A DNA stretch of 11,750 bases. It comes from an uncultured bacterium. GTDB taxonomy: Bacteria; Hydrogenedentota; Hydrogenedentia; Hydrogenedentales; JAEUWI01. The position numbers were made by a program, and so were the translations under genes. This document shows positions 1 to 7,379 of the stretch, piece after piece. The notes beneath the pieces were generated by a model. That model was not told the origin of the DNA, made no database searches, and worked only from the letters and a program-made list of their open reading frames with translations. Location of the stretch: the NCBI GenBank assembly GCA_963977445.1, contig CAXBPH010000220.1, forward strand, positions 1-11,750, written 5' to 3'. Positions within the stretch are counted from its first letter, which is position 1; every line of letters starts with the position of its first letter.

Positions 1-8
1 AGGATCCA

Positions 9-1049
9 GTGAGCGTGACTCGGGAAGAAACAATACCCTTAGTCGCGATTGTAGGCCCAACAGGTTCGGGAAAATCCTCCCTCGCCTTGGCCTTAGCGTC
101 TCATCTGGGCACGGACATCATTTCCGTCGACTCCATGCAGTTTTATACGGGCATGGAAATCGGAACGGCTGCCCCGACCCGGGAGGACCGCCAGCAAGTC
201 CCCCATCACTTTGTGAGCTATCTGGAGCCTGACGAAGAAATTACCGCCGGGTCCTACCAGGAAATGGCCCGTGCACGGGTTTCCCTGATAAACGAAGCGG
301 GGAAACCGGCTATCGCCGCTGGTGGGTCGGGCATGTATGTCAGTGCACTCATCGATGGCATTTTTGACGGCCCTGGGGAAGACCCCGCCATCAGAACGCG
401 ACTCTATGAAGAAGCCGAGCGCCGTGGTAAGGAATTTCTGCTGCGACGCGTCCAGGAAGTTGACCCCGACTACGCGGCCCGCATTACAAGCGCCAACGAC
501 CTGATACGGATTGTTCGGGCACTGGAAGTGTATGAAATTACGGGCCGCCCATTCAGCGAGCTCCACCGGGAACACCGGGAACGCACCACCTCCTTACCGT
601 GCCTCCAACTCGCGTTGCGCTATGAGAAACGTCAGGACCTCTATGACCGCATCAATCAGCGGGTAATTCAGATGATTGATGAGGGCTGGGTAGCGGAAGT
701 ACAGCGGCTACTCGACAATGGATTCGGCCCCCAGTTGGACCGATTAAAGGCCTTGGGCTTCCGTGAGATTGCCGCCCATTTGCGTGGGGAACAGTCTCTT
801 GATGACGCCATCGCGTCCGCCCAACTCCATCACCGCCGCTATGCCAAACGTCAGCTCACGTGGTTTCGCGCCGACCCCAGAATTCATTGGATACCTGCGG
901 GGCCCGGCACAGACTCCGCAGCCCATCTGGCGACAGCCCTGGACCTGATAGAAAACTACGCCGATCCCCCCCTCGAAGACTCTGTAGAAATCCACCGATT
1001 CCTGGCCGAAACCAAAGGAAATAGCACGGAGAAAAACGGGAATGGCTGA
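9..1049 (+). CDS. miaA: tRNA (adenosine(37)-N6)-dimethylallyltransferase
   Basis: P-loop GPTGSGKS followed by IISVDSMQFY, IGTA, PHHF, GGSGMYV, RIVRALEV, ALGFRE and YAKRQLTWF, the MiaA/IPPT motif series. GTG start with AGGA at 1-4. Confidence 0.97.
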   Translation: MSVTREETIPLVAIVGPTGSGKSSLALALASHLGTDIISVDSMQFYTGMEIGTAAPTREDRQQVPHHFVSYLEPDEEITAGSYQEMARARVSLINEAGKPAIAAGGSGMYVSALIDGIFDGPGEDPAIRTRLYEEAERRGKEFLLRRVQEVDPDYAARITSANDLIRIVRALEVYEITGRPFSELHREHRERTTSLPCLQLALRYEKRQDLYDRINQRVIQMIDEGWVAEVQRLLDNGFGPQLDRLKALGFREIAAHLRGEQSLDDAIASAQLHHRRYAKRQLTWFRADPRIHWIPAGPGTDSAAHLATALDLIENYADPPLEDSVEIHRFLAETKGNSTEKNGNG

Positions 1050-1581
1050 GGCGGGCGAACTGGGCGGGGCCCTGCTGGCCTCCTATGGCGTCCGCTTCCG
1101 AAAACTGAAAGAGCTGGGCGACGGGGCCTTGGCCCGACTCTCGGAAACGGACTGGCATCACGTGCCCCCCCACGGCGAGAATAGCATTGCCATAATTGTC
1201 CAGCACCTGGAAGGCAATATGCGTTCTCGCTGGACTGATTTCCTCGTCACCGATGGTGAAAAAGAAAATCGTGAGCGGGATAGTGAATTTACTGTCCAAC
1301 CCGAGCTGGATGGGAAGACCCTATGGGCCTTGTGGGAAGGTGGATGGTCAATTTTGTTGCATGCCCTCGACGCCCTCGCCCCCGAGGATTTGCTGAAAAC
1401 CGTTGAGATTCGGCGCCAACCCCTGTTGGTACTGGACGCTATCAATCGCCAATTGGCCCACTATGGTTACCACGTAGGCCAGATTGTCTATCTGGCACGC
1501 ATGTATCGTGGCGATGCCTGGGAATCCATCTCCATTGCGAAGGGCAAGTCTACAGGCTATCAGGCCCGACCGGACGACTGA
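1042..1581 (+). CDS. DUF1572 family protein (DinB/YfiT-like superfamily)
   Basis: Motifs NSIAIIVQHLEGNMRSRWTDFL, DGEK-x2-R-x-RD-x-EF and RQLAHYGYHVGQIVY, recognised as DUF1572. Start overlaps the miaA end by 8 nt (ATGGCTGA). Confidence 0.88.
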   Translation: MAEAGELGGALLASYGVRFRKLKELGDGALARLSETDWHHVPPHGENSIAIIVQHLEGNMRSRWTDFLVTDGEKENRERDSEFTVQPELDGKTLWALWEGGWSILLHALDALAPEDLLKTVEIRRQPLLVLDAINRQLAHYGYHVGQIVYLARMYRGDAWESISIAKGKSTGYQARPDD

Positions 1582-1584
1582 ATC

Positions 1585-2523
1585 GTGGTAAAACTGCTCA
1601 CAAAGTGCGCGCTCTTCTTCGCCATCAACGCGATGCTTGCAACGCTGGTTCTTTATGCCCATAGCGCCACCTTGACCGACAAGCCCTGGGAAACCGACTC
1701 AGTCCTCTTGACCATGCCCCAGGGCGAACACCCCAATCTGGTTTTTCTCGGCACGTCCCATACCTATCTCTTCTCCCGCTTTAAAGAGCACCACGAAATG
1801 GTTGAAGCCACCCTCAACCGAAGCATGTTCAACATGGCCCTGCCCCAGGGCGGCGGCATAACACCGGCACGATTTTACCTGGAGACCTTCTGGGAATCGG
1901 GCAACACGACGGACCAGGTTATCTATTTCCTGGATCCCTTTGTCCTCTACAGTGCCGGTGCCAACGATAACCACAAGTTTGTCTATTTCGAACCCCTTCG
2001 ACTTTCGTTCCTCGCTAAACTGGTCCGCAACGGATATAGCTATCGCCGCATCATCACCTACGTGCGCTCTAAATTCGGTGCCCCCTGGCTTTTCCAGAAA
2101 CCCGAACCCCTCTATCACCATATTGCGCCCGTCCCCGAACGATTCGTCACGGAAGCGCGTAAGAATCACCGCTTGGACACACTCTACCCCGATGGCCTGC
2201 CCGCCGATGTATTTGCCACCTACACCGCGGAGTTTGAGCGTATCGTCGATCTGTGCGAGGTCCATGATACGCCCCTGATGGTTGTCATCCCCCCCACCCT
2301 GTTGGGCCACGAACCTGGTCATGCGTCCATGATGACCTGGTTGGAGAGCCTGAAAGAAGAACGGGGCATCGCCCTTTTCGACTGGGTGGACGTCATGCCG
2401 GATCGCACGAAGTTTTACAACCTGGATCACATGAATCTGGGGGGCATTGAGACCTTCATGAAAGAGTGGCTGCGGCCCGCGCTGGATGGGGTAACAAACA
2501 GGAGGTCAGGCATTCCAGCCTGA
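1585..2523 (+). CDS. Membrane-anchored SGNH-hydrolase-like protein (DUF1574/DltD/AlgJ-like)
   Basis: N-terminal hydrophobic helix (ALFFAINAMLATLVLY), block-I-like VFLGTSH, block-II-like FNMALPQGG, C-terminal FYNLDHMN. GTG start after a 3-nt gap from the upstream stop. The CDS is well supported; the family is inferred from motifs. Confidence 0.7.
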   Translation: MVKLLTKCALFFAINAMLATLVLYAHSATLTDKPWETDSVLLTMPQGEHPNLVFLGTSHTYLFSRFKEHHEMVEATLNRSMFNMALPQGGGITPARFYLETFWESGNTTDQVIYFLDPFVLYSAGANDNHKFVYFEPLRLSFLAKLVRNGYSYRRIITYVRSKFGAPWLFQKPEPLYHHIAPVPERFVTEARKNHRLDTLYPDGLPADVFATYTAEFERIVDLCEVHDTPLMVVIPPTLLGHEPGHASMMTWLESLKEERGIALFDWVDVMPDRTKFYNLDHMNLGGIETFMKEWLRPALDGVTNRRSGIPA

Positions 2524-2640
2524 CACAACGGTCGCCCGACGCAACCATCTACCTGCCCGAGCTCCGTATGTTCGCTCCTTGGTCAAGCAGCACTTTTTAA
2601 CCAATGCGTGCCTTTAACCAGGCTGAAAAGCCTGACCTCC
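2501..2640. repeat. REP doublet (REPIN-like) upstream of RAYT
   Basis: REP1 (+) 2501-2524 GGAG-GTCAGGC-attcca-GCCTGAC and inverted REP2 (-) 2617-2640 GGAG-GTCAGGC-ttttca-GCCTGGT, separated by a 92-bp spacer. Confidence 0.88.
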
Positions 2641-2657
2641 TCTTTCGTCGGACCCCA

Positions 2658-2686
2658 TTGAAACGGAAGTGCGAAGTTGCTATTCT
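2658..2686 (+). promoter_or_regulatory. Candidate sigma70 promoter of RAYT
   Basis: TTGAAA (2658-2663), 17-bp spacer, TATTCT (2681-2686) with extended TGn. GGAG RBS at 2701-2704, 8 nt before the ATG. Confidence 0.65.
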
Positions 2687-2712
2687 AGGCAGACTACATT
2701 GGAGCAGTAGTT

Positions 2713-3375
2713 ATGCATGAATACACGGCCAATAATGAAACGTCCTTTCTTCAACCTTCTTCACGTATTGACATTAGCAATCGGCATCTACCCCATTGGC
2801 AACTTGATGGGGCTTTTTACTTCGTAACCTGGAGATTGGCCGACGCACTTCCGCAATCGAAGTTACACGCGTGGAAGAAAGAAAGAATCGAATGGTTGAG
2901 AGAACATCCCAAGCCGTGGAACGGTTCTACCCGGCGGGAGTACAAGAAACGCTTTCCAAGGCGAAGCGACGAGTGGCTGGATCGGGGCTATGGCGAATGT
3001 GTTTTGCGCACCCCACCGTACGCTCAAATAGTCTTCGATGCTCTCTTACACTTTAATGGGGCGCGCTACGATATGGCGTCATTCGTTGTCATGCCAAACC
3101 ATGTCCACACGCTGTTTCAATTGCGAGGTTCCTACTCGGTGGAAACGTTGGCGCAGTCCTGGAAAGGCTATACTGCCCGGCGTATCAATCAGAAGCTAGG
3201 GAGAAGAGGTGTTTTGTGGCAAGCGGAATCCTGGGACCGACTTCTGCGCGGTGTCGACGACCTGAAACGTTGCTTTTTCTATATTAAACAGAATCCTGCG
3301 ATGGCGGGACTGAAGCGAAGCGAATACATGTACTACGAAGTGGAAAACCATCTACCGGAATCCTTCACCGAGTAA
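2713..3375 (+). CDS. REP-associated tyrosine transposase (RAYT/TnpA-REP, Y1 HUH, IS200/IS605 superfamily)
   Basis: HLPHW...YFVTWRL N-terminus, HUH motif VVMPNHVH, SWKGYTARRIN, LWQAESWDRLLR and catalytic Tyr in YIKQNP. Flanked by REPs, no tnpB. Confidence 0.92.
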   Translation: MHEYTANNETSFLQPSSRIDISNRHLPHWQLDGAFYFVTWRLADALPQSKLHAWKKERIEWLREHPKPWNGSTRREYKKRFPRRSDEWLDRGYGECVLRTPPYAQIVFDALLHFNGARYDMASFVVMPNHVHTLFQLRGSYSVETLAQSWKGYTARRINQKLGRRGVLWQAESWDRLLRGVDDLKRCFFYIKQNPAMAGLKRSEYMYYEVENHLPESFTE

Positions 3376-3382
3376 TACAATA

Positions 3383-3523
3383 CAAGACCACGCTCTCCAG
3401 CCTGACACAATATTGACTCTACGCCGTCTACAACCCGCCTAAGCGCCTTCAACACATCCGCCAAGTCACCGGCACCAACAAATCCGACACTTTCCTTCTG
3501 TCAGGCTGGAAAGCCTAACCTCC
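3383..3523. repeat. REP doublet (REPIN-like) downstream of RAYT
   Basis: Degenerate REP3 (+) 3383-3406, whose tail TCCAGCCTGACACAA (3396-3410) is identical to 2514-2528, and inverted REP4 (-) 3500-3523 GGAG-GTTAGGC-tttcca-GCCTGAC. Spacer is 93 bp. Confidence 0.82.
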
Positions 3524-5080
3524 TTATTTCTTCCAGACCAAGGCCTGACCATCCTCCAACAAGCGCGCCTGCAGTGCCGCCACATCGATATCCTGAACCG
3601 CCACGTCACCATCAATGGCCATCACGGCCGCCGTTGCTGCCGACTGTCCCAGCACCATGAACACGGGCTCCATACGGATAGAGCCATAGGCAATGTGGGA
3701 GGCCGAGAGACATACGGGCACGAGCAGGTTGGTGGCATCTTTCTTCGCGGGACGGATAGAGCGATAGGCTATGGGATAGGGACCGAATCCGCCTACTTGC
3801 ACATCGCCCTCATTGATGACCCGGCCGTCTTTCACGTAGCGTTGCATATGGTGCGAGTCCATCGTGTAGGCTCCCAATCCCACCGCGTCATCAATTTTCC
3901 GCGTTCCCACACAGTTCTGCTCGATCATCACGTAGTCCGAAATCATGCGTCGGGCTTCGCGCACATAGAGCTGATGGGGCCAGCCGCCGTTGTCGAGAAA
4001 CTCATCCTTCGGCAGCCCCCATTGCTGCATTTCTTCGTGGACCGCCTCCGGCACGCGCGGGTCGTTGGCCAGAAAATACATGAGGCCCTGCTGGTAATCT
4101 TTGTGTGCCTGGATGATGCGAGCCCGCGTAGCGTAGTCACCGTCAGGATAGTCGTAATTTCCACCGATGAAGTCGGTCGCGAACGCGCCTTTGTTGTTCG
4201 TATCCGTCTTGGAATTTGGCATGGTCTTGGAGAGTTTCATCACGGTCCAATGGCCGGCCTTTAGATAACGGAGCAGCAACTCATAGTTGAAGGCATCGTA
4301 GTTTTCCGGCTTTGGGAAGGGCAGACGGTTCGCCGGGTCATTGGTCAGACACATGCGAAAACAGTAGCCCTGCACACGATGATCACCGCTTCCTTCCTCG
4401 CCCGGCACCTCTTCCTGAATATTGGGAAGGAGTCCGCTGGACGGGTCACCGGGTGTCACATAGGGGTCAATGGGCACGACAAACTGATGATACTTCGCCT
4501 GCTTCGTCTGGACGCCGTTGAGCGTTTCCCCGTAGGTCGCGTTGGACTCACGTCCCACGTGGTAGGGCACATCCGCCAGGGCCATGAGGTCGCCTTCGTA
4601 GGTGGCGTCGATGAATACCTTACCACGATACTCCTTGCCGCTCTCCATTTTGATAGCGGTAATAGCACCATCCTTTTTGGTCACGCCATTCTTAAGATCA
4701 AGACGTTCTCCAAAATCCACGGGAGTTTTCGTTTCTTCGATGAACTCCTGGAATATGCGCTCTGCAACATGGGGCTCGAAGGTCCAATTTTCTTCGTTTC
4801 CGTAATGCTTGCCCAGACGCTTGTAGAAGTCCCGGGAGATGCCGCCGATGGCCGCTTTGTTGCCAATGTCGGTAGCACCCAGCCCCCCGGCGCTGAGTCC
4901 ACCCAGATGCTGTCCCGGCTCGATGACGATGGCCGTCTTACCCATTTTATGGGCCTGGACCGCCGCCACGACCCCCGCAGATGTTCCGCCGTAGATAACC
5001 AGATCATAGGTCTTTTCCGCTGCAGATGCGTGAAGACTCGTTGCACAAATCAATAAGAGAGCACTTAAACTACGTAACAT
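3524..5080 (-). CDS. Exported FAD-dependent oxidoreductase (FAD_oxidored-type family)
   Basis: Rossmann motif DLVIYGGTSAGVVAA, HLGGLSAGGLG, FIDATYEGDL, LYVREARRM, SASHIAYGSIRMEP. Start moved from 5107 to ATG 5080 because of the AAAGGAG RBS at 5089-5095 and the signal peptide MLRSLSALLLICATSLHASA. Confidence 0.88.
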   Translation of the reverse strand: MLRSLSALLLICATSLHASAAEKTYDLVIYGGTSAGVVAAVQAHKMGKTAIVIEPGQHLGGLSAGGLGATDIGNKAAIGGISRDFYKRLGKHYGNEENWTFEPHVAERIFQEFIEETKTPVDFGERLDLKNGVTKKDGAITAIKMESGKEYRGKVFIDATYEGDLMALADVPYHVGRESNATYGETLNGVQTKQAKYHQFVVPIDPYVTPGDPSSGLLPNIQEEVPGEEGSGDHRVQGYCFRMCLTNDPANRLPFPKPENYDAFNYELLLRYLKAGHWTVMKLSKTMPNSKTDTNNKGAFATDFIGGNYDYPDGDYATRARIIQAHKDYQQGLMYFLANDPRVPEAVHEEMQQWGLPKDEFLDNGGWPHQLYVREARRMISDYVMIEQNCVGTRKIDDAVGLGAYTMDSHHMQRYVKDGRVINEGDVQVGGFGPYPIAYRSIRPAKKDATNLLVPVCLSASHIAYGSIRMEPVFMVLGQSAATAAVMAIDGDVAVQDIDVAALQARLLEDGQALVWKK

Positions 5081-5208
5081 AAATATCACTCCTTTAGAAT
5101 CAGGCACGACAGCCGGCCAAGTTCCGCGTCGTACACACGCCAGTCAATGTATATCCAGGGAAGACTGGGCTCCATCGCCCCCGCCAACCATACAAGCAAC
5201 GCTGCAAT

Positions 5209-7212
5209 CTACTTCACCGGCCAACTCGCCCGCAGTGGACTTTCGAAGAGGCCCATCTTCTCCAGCGGAATCGGCTTGAAGCCCAATTTCAGTGCAGGCG
5301 ACTCGGGCTTGAGATGGTAGTCGTGCTTTTCCATATCCACAAAAAGCGGATCGGTATCGCTAAGGTTGTCTTCATACGCGATGTAGGGCTCGGCGTCTTC
5401 GTTCACGTCTTTCCAGCCCTCGCCCACGAAAATATTGCGGGCGACGAGGTTGCCCACCGGTGCGGCGGGTTCGTTGTCGATTATGTTAACCAGCTTGGGA
5501 TAGCGCTCCGAATAGGGCGGCTTGTTGTAGGCAATGCCCTTGAGGGTGCCCTTCTCCTTTTCCTCCGCAATCCACTCATCAGCGTGGCCATGGGCCCACC
5601 CCAGGGCACGGGCATCGATGTGGAGGGCCTTGGTGCAGTTGATGAAAATATTATTCTCTACCGTGCAATCGCGCCCGCCCCCGATGAAGGCCGCGCGGTA
5701 GACATTGCGAAATACATTGCCCACCATATCCGCCGACGAGAACATATCATCGAGATAAATCCCCACGCAGCCCTTGTCCTGATAGCCGTTGATGTCGTAG
5801 AGGTAGTTGTAGCGAATCATATGGCCGCGCTGGGTCCAGTCACGGCCCGTATATAGGGCGCCGGCATCGTTGGACTCAAGGCACACGTCGTGTATTTCGT
5901 TGAGCTCGATGAGGTGGTCGTTGCCGCCAAACCCAATGGCCATGTGGGGCGCATCATGAATGTAGTTATTCGCCACGCGATTGCCTACGCCCTGCACGTG
6001 AATGCCCGCCGCATAGACCCGCTTGATCGCTCCGTAGTGATGGACATGGTTGTTTACGGCAAAATGCCCTGCCGGCGTCAGTGTCGTGCGGTCCCCACCG
6101 CTGATACTGATGCCGGACGATCCCATACCATAGATATCGCAGCCCTCAACGCCGCAGTCTTTACCGCCACTCACCGAGATGGCACCACCGCCACTGTTCC
6201 GCACGGTGAGCCCGTTGATGCGCACCCCTTCCCCATCACGCACCGACACGACCGTACCCCGCGTGCCTTCCATGGTTATTCCCTCGATGGTCACATAGGA
6301 CGTCGTATCCAGGCTGACAAGATTGGGCAACAGGGTGACCATGACTTCGACACCAGCCGGATCGGCGGGCGGCCAGAAATAAAGCTGCCCCGAATCCCGA
6401 TCAAGAAACCACTCCCCGGGGCTATCCAGCTCACTGAGCAGGTTATAGGCGTAGTAGTAACCGCCCTTCCGATAGCCGTAACCATGGTAAGGCTCTTTAA
6501 CGGAAATCACTTTATTTTCTGTATCGATCGACGCTACAGGATGGCGCTGTTCGGACCAATCCCAGAACCAATAGCCATGGAGCCAGGCATCGGGCTCTTC
6601 CAGCCAGCGCTCGGGACGTGGATCATCGTAGATGAATTTTCCCGTCTTGCTGCCCTTTCGCCCGTGAATCTCGTGACCATCCTTTTCCACCACATCGACG
6701 ATATCGACGAAGCCTTCATTGGGCCAGCGCGACAGGGTCATACGATTGCCGTCAAAGAAAAGCTCCACCCCGCCACCGGCCGGGGTCCCAAATTCTGTAA
6801 TTCCCATGGCCGTCAAATTTATTTGCAGGACGTGGGGGCGCGCCGAAGAATCGAGACGAGACAGCGTTGCCTCATCCGTCACCGGGGTAAATCCCGTCAG
6901 CAGGCGACCACCCAGCAGGCGTGCCTCCTCGGCCCTATCGGCGATATAGCGAATTGGGGCTTCCGGCGTGCCAGAGTCCTGCGCTTCCAGGGTGAAAGGC
7001 TTCTCCAATACATAGTCGCCCCCGTGAATCCGAACATCGGCACCCTCGGGCAACCCATCGCCAGCACGGGCCGCGCGGATGGCATCCCGCGCACCTTCCA
7101 AGGTCGTAAAAGCACCTTCGGCACCGTCGGGTGAAACATGGAAAACCGTTGGCGCACTGTACACAGCGAATAACGGCAAGATAGAAACGAAAAGAAAACT
7201 CCAACGTCGCAT
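5209..7212 (-). CDS. Exported right-handed parallel beta-helix protein (pectin-lyase fold, possibly GH141-like)
   Basis: Signal peptide, FTTLEGARDAIR, SRWPN, ELDSPGEWFLD, repeated parallel beta-helix-like motifs (NNHVHH, NNYIHD, NEIHD, DAGALY, GIYLDD). GGAG RBS at 7221-7224. Substrate cannot be determined. Confidence 0.85.
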   Translation of the reverse strand: MRRWSFLFVSILPLFAVYSAPTVFHVSPDGAEGAFTTLEGARDAIRAARAGDGLPEGADVRIHGGDYVLEKPFTLEAQDSGTPEAPIRYIADRAEEARLLGGRLLTGFTPVTDEATLSRLDSSARPHVLQINLTAMGITEFGTPAGGGVELFFDGNRMTLSRWPNEGFVDIVDVVEKDGHEIHGRKGSKTGKFIYDDPRPERWLEEPDAWLHGYWFWDWSEQRHPVASIDTENKVISVKEPYHGYGYRKGGYYYAYNLLSELDSPGEWFLDRDSGQLYFWPPADPAGVEVMVTLLPNLVSLDTTSYVTIEGITMEGTRGTVVSVRDGEGVRINGLTVRNSGGGAISVSGGKDCGVEGCDIYGMGSSGISISGGDRTTLTPAGHFAVNNHVHHYGAIKRVYAAGIHVQGVGNRVANNYIHDAPHMAIGFGGNDHLIELNEIHDVCLESNDAGALYTGRDWTQRGHMIRYNYLYDINGYQDKGCVGIYLDDMFSSADMVGNVFRNVYRAAFIGGGRDCTVENNIFINCTKALHIDARALGWAHGHADEWIAEEKEKGTLKGIAYNKPPYSERYPKLVNIIDNEPAAPVGNLVARNIFVGEGWKDVNEDAEPYIAYEDNLSDTDPLFVDMEKHDYHLKPESPALKLGFKPIPLEKMGLFESPLRASWPVK

Positions 7213-7253
7213 GGAACGTACTCCAGATAGGTGGCGGGTTTACACGAGTCGCC

Positions 7254-7283
7254 AGCATAGCAGACGCACCGCAAAACTGTAAA
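7254..7283 (-). promoter_or_regulatory. Candidate sigma70 promoter of beta-helix gene
   Basis: Minus strand TTTACA, 18-bp spacer, TATGCT with extended TGn. Same TGCTAnnCT pattern as at 2678-2686 and 11361-11369. Confidence 0.5.
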
Positions 7284-7323
7284 TTGGGCGACAACGATGC
7301 CAAAGCGACGATACCGTGCACAT

Positions 7324-7357
7324 ACGACAAAGGCACACCCCGATGCGGAGTGTGCCT
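7324..7357 (-). terminator. Candidate intrinsic terminator after the metallophosphoesterase gene
   Basis: Minus strand AGGCACACTCCG-cat-CGGGGTGTGCCT (12-bp stem, one G-U), 22 nt after the stop, followed by a weak tail TTGTCGT. Confidence 0.55.
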
Positions 7358-7379
7358 CGTCATAGCATCTATTTACGCG

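Noticed and set aside
1699..2430. 243-aa - strand ORF and other short nested ORFs
   Set aside because: Lie inside better-supported genes and have no protein-like features.
2501..3523. CRISPR array or IS605/TnpB element
   Set aside because: Repeats alternate in orientation with ~92-bp spacers, and there is no cas or tnpB gene. The REP/RAYT reading fits better.
5081..5107. ORF-track upstream starts (5107, and likewise 9251)
   Set aside because: Downstream ATGs at 5080 and 9179 have clear RBSs and place the signal peptides at the N-terminus.
5890..7134. 414-aa + strand ORF
   Set aside because: Antisense shadow of the beta-helix gene, with no recognisable motifs; expected from codon bias in GC-rich DNA.
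7288..7302. Sigma54-like TGGCAT-N5-TCGC on the minus strand
   Set aside because: The -12 element deviates from TTGC and a better sigma70 candidate lies adjacent.
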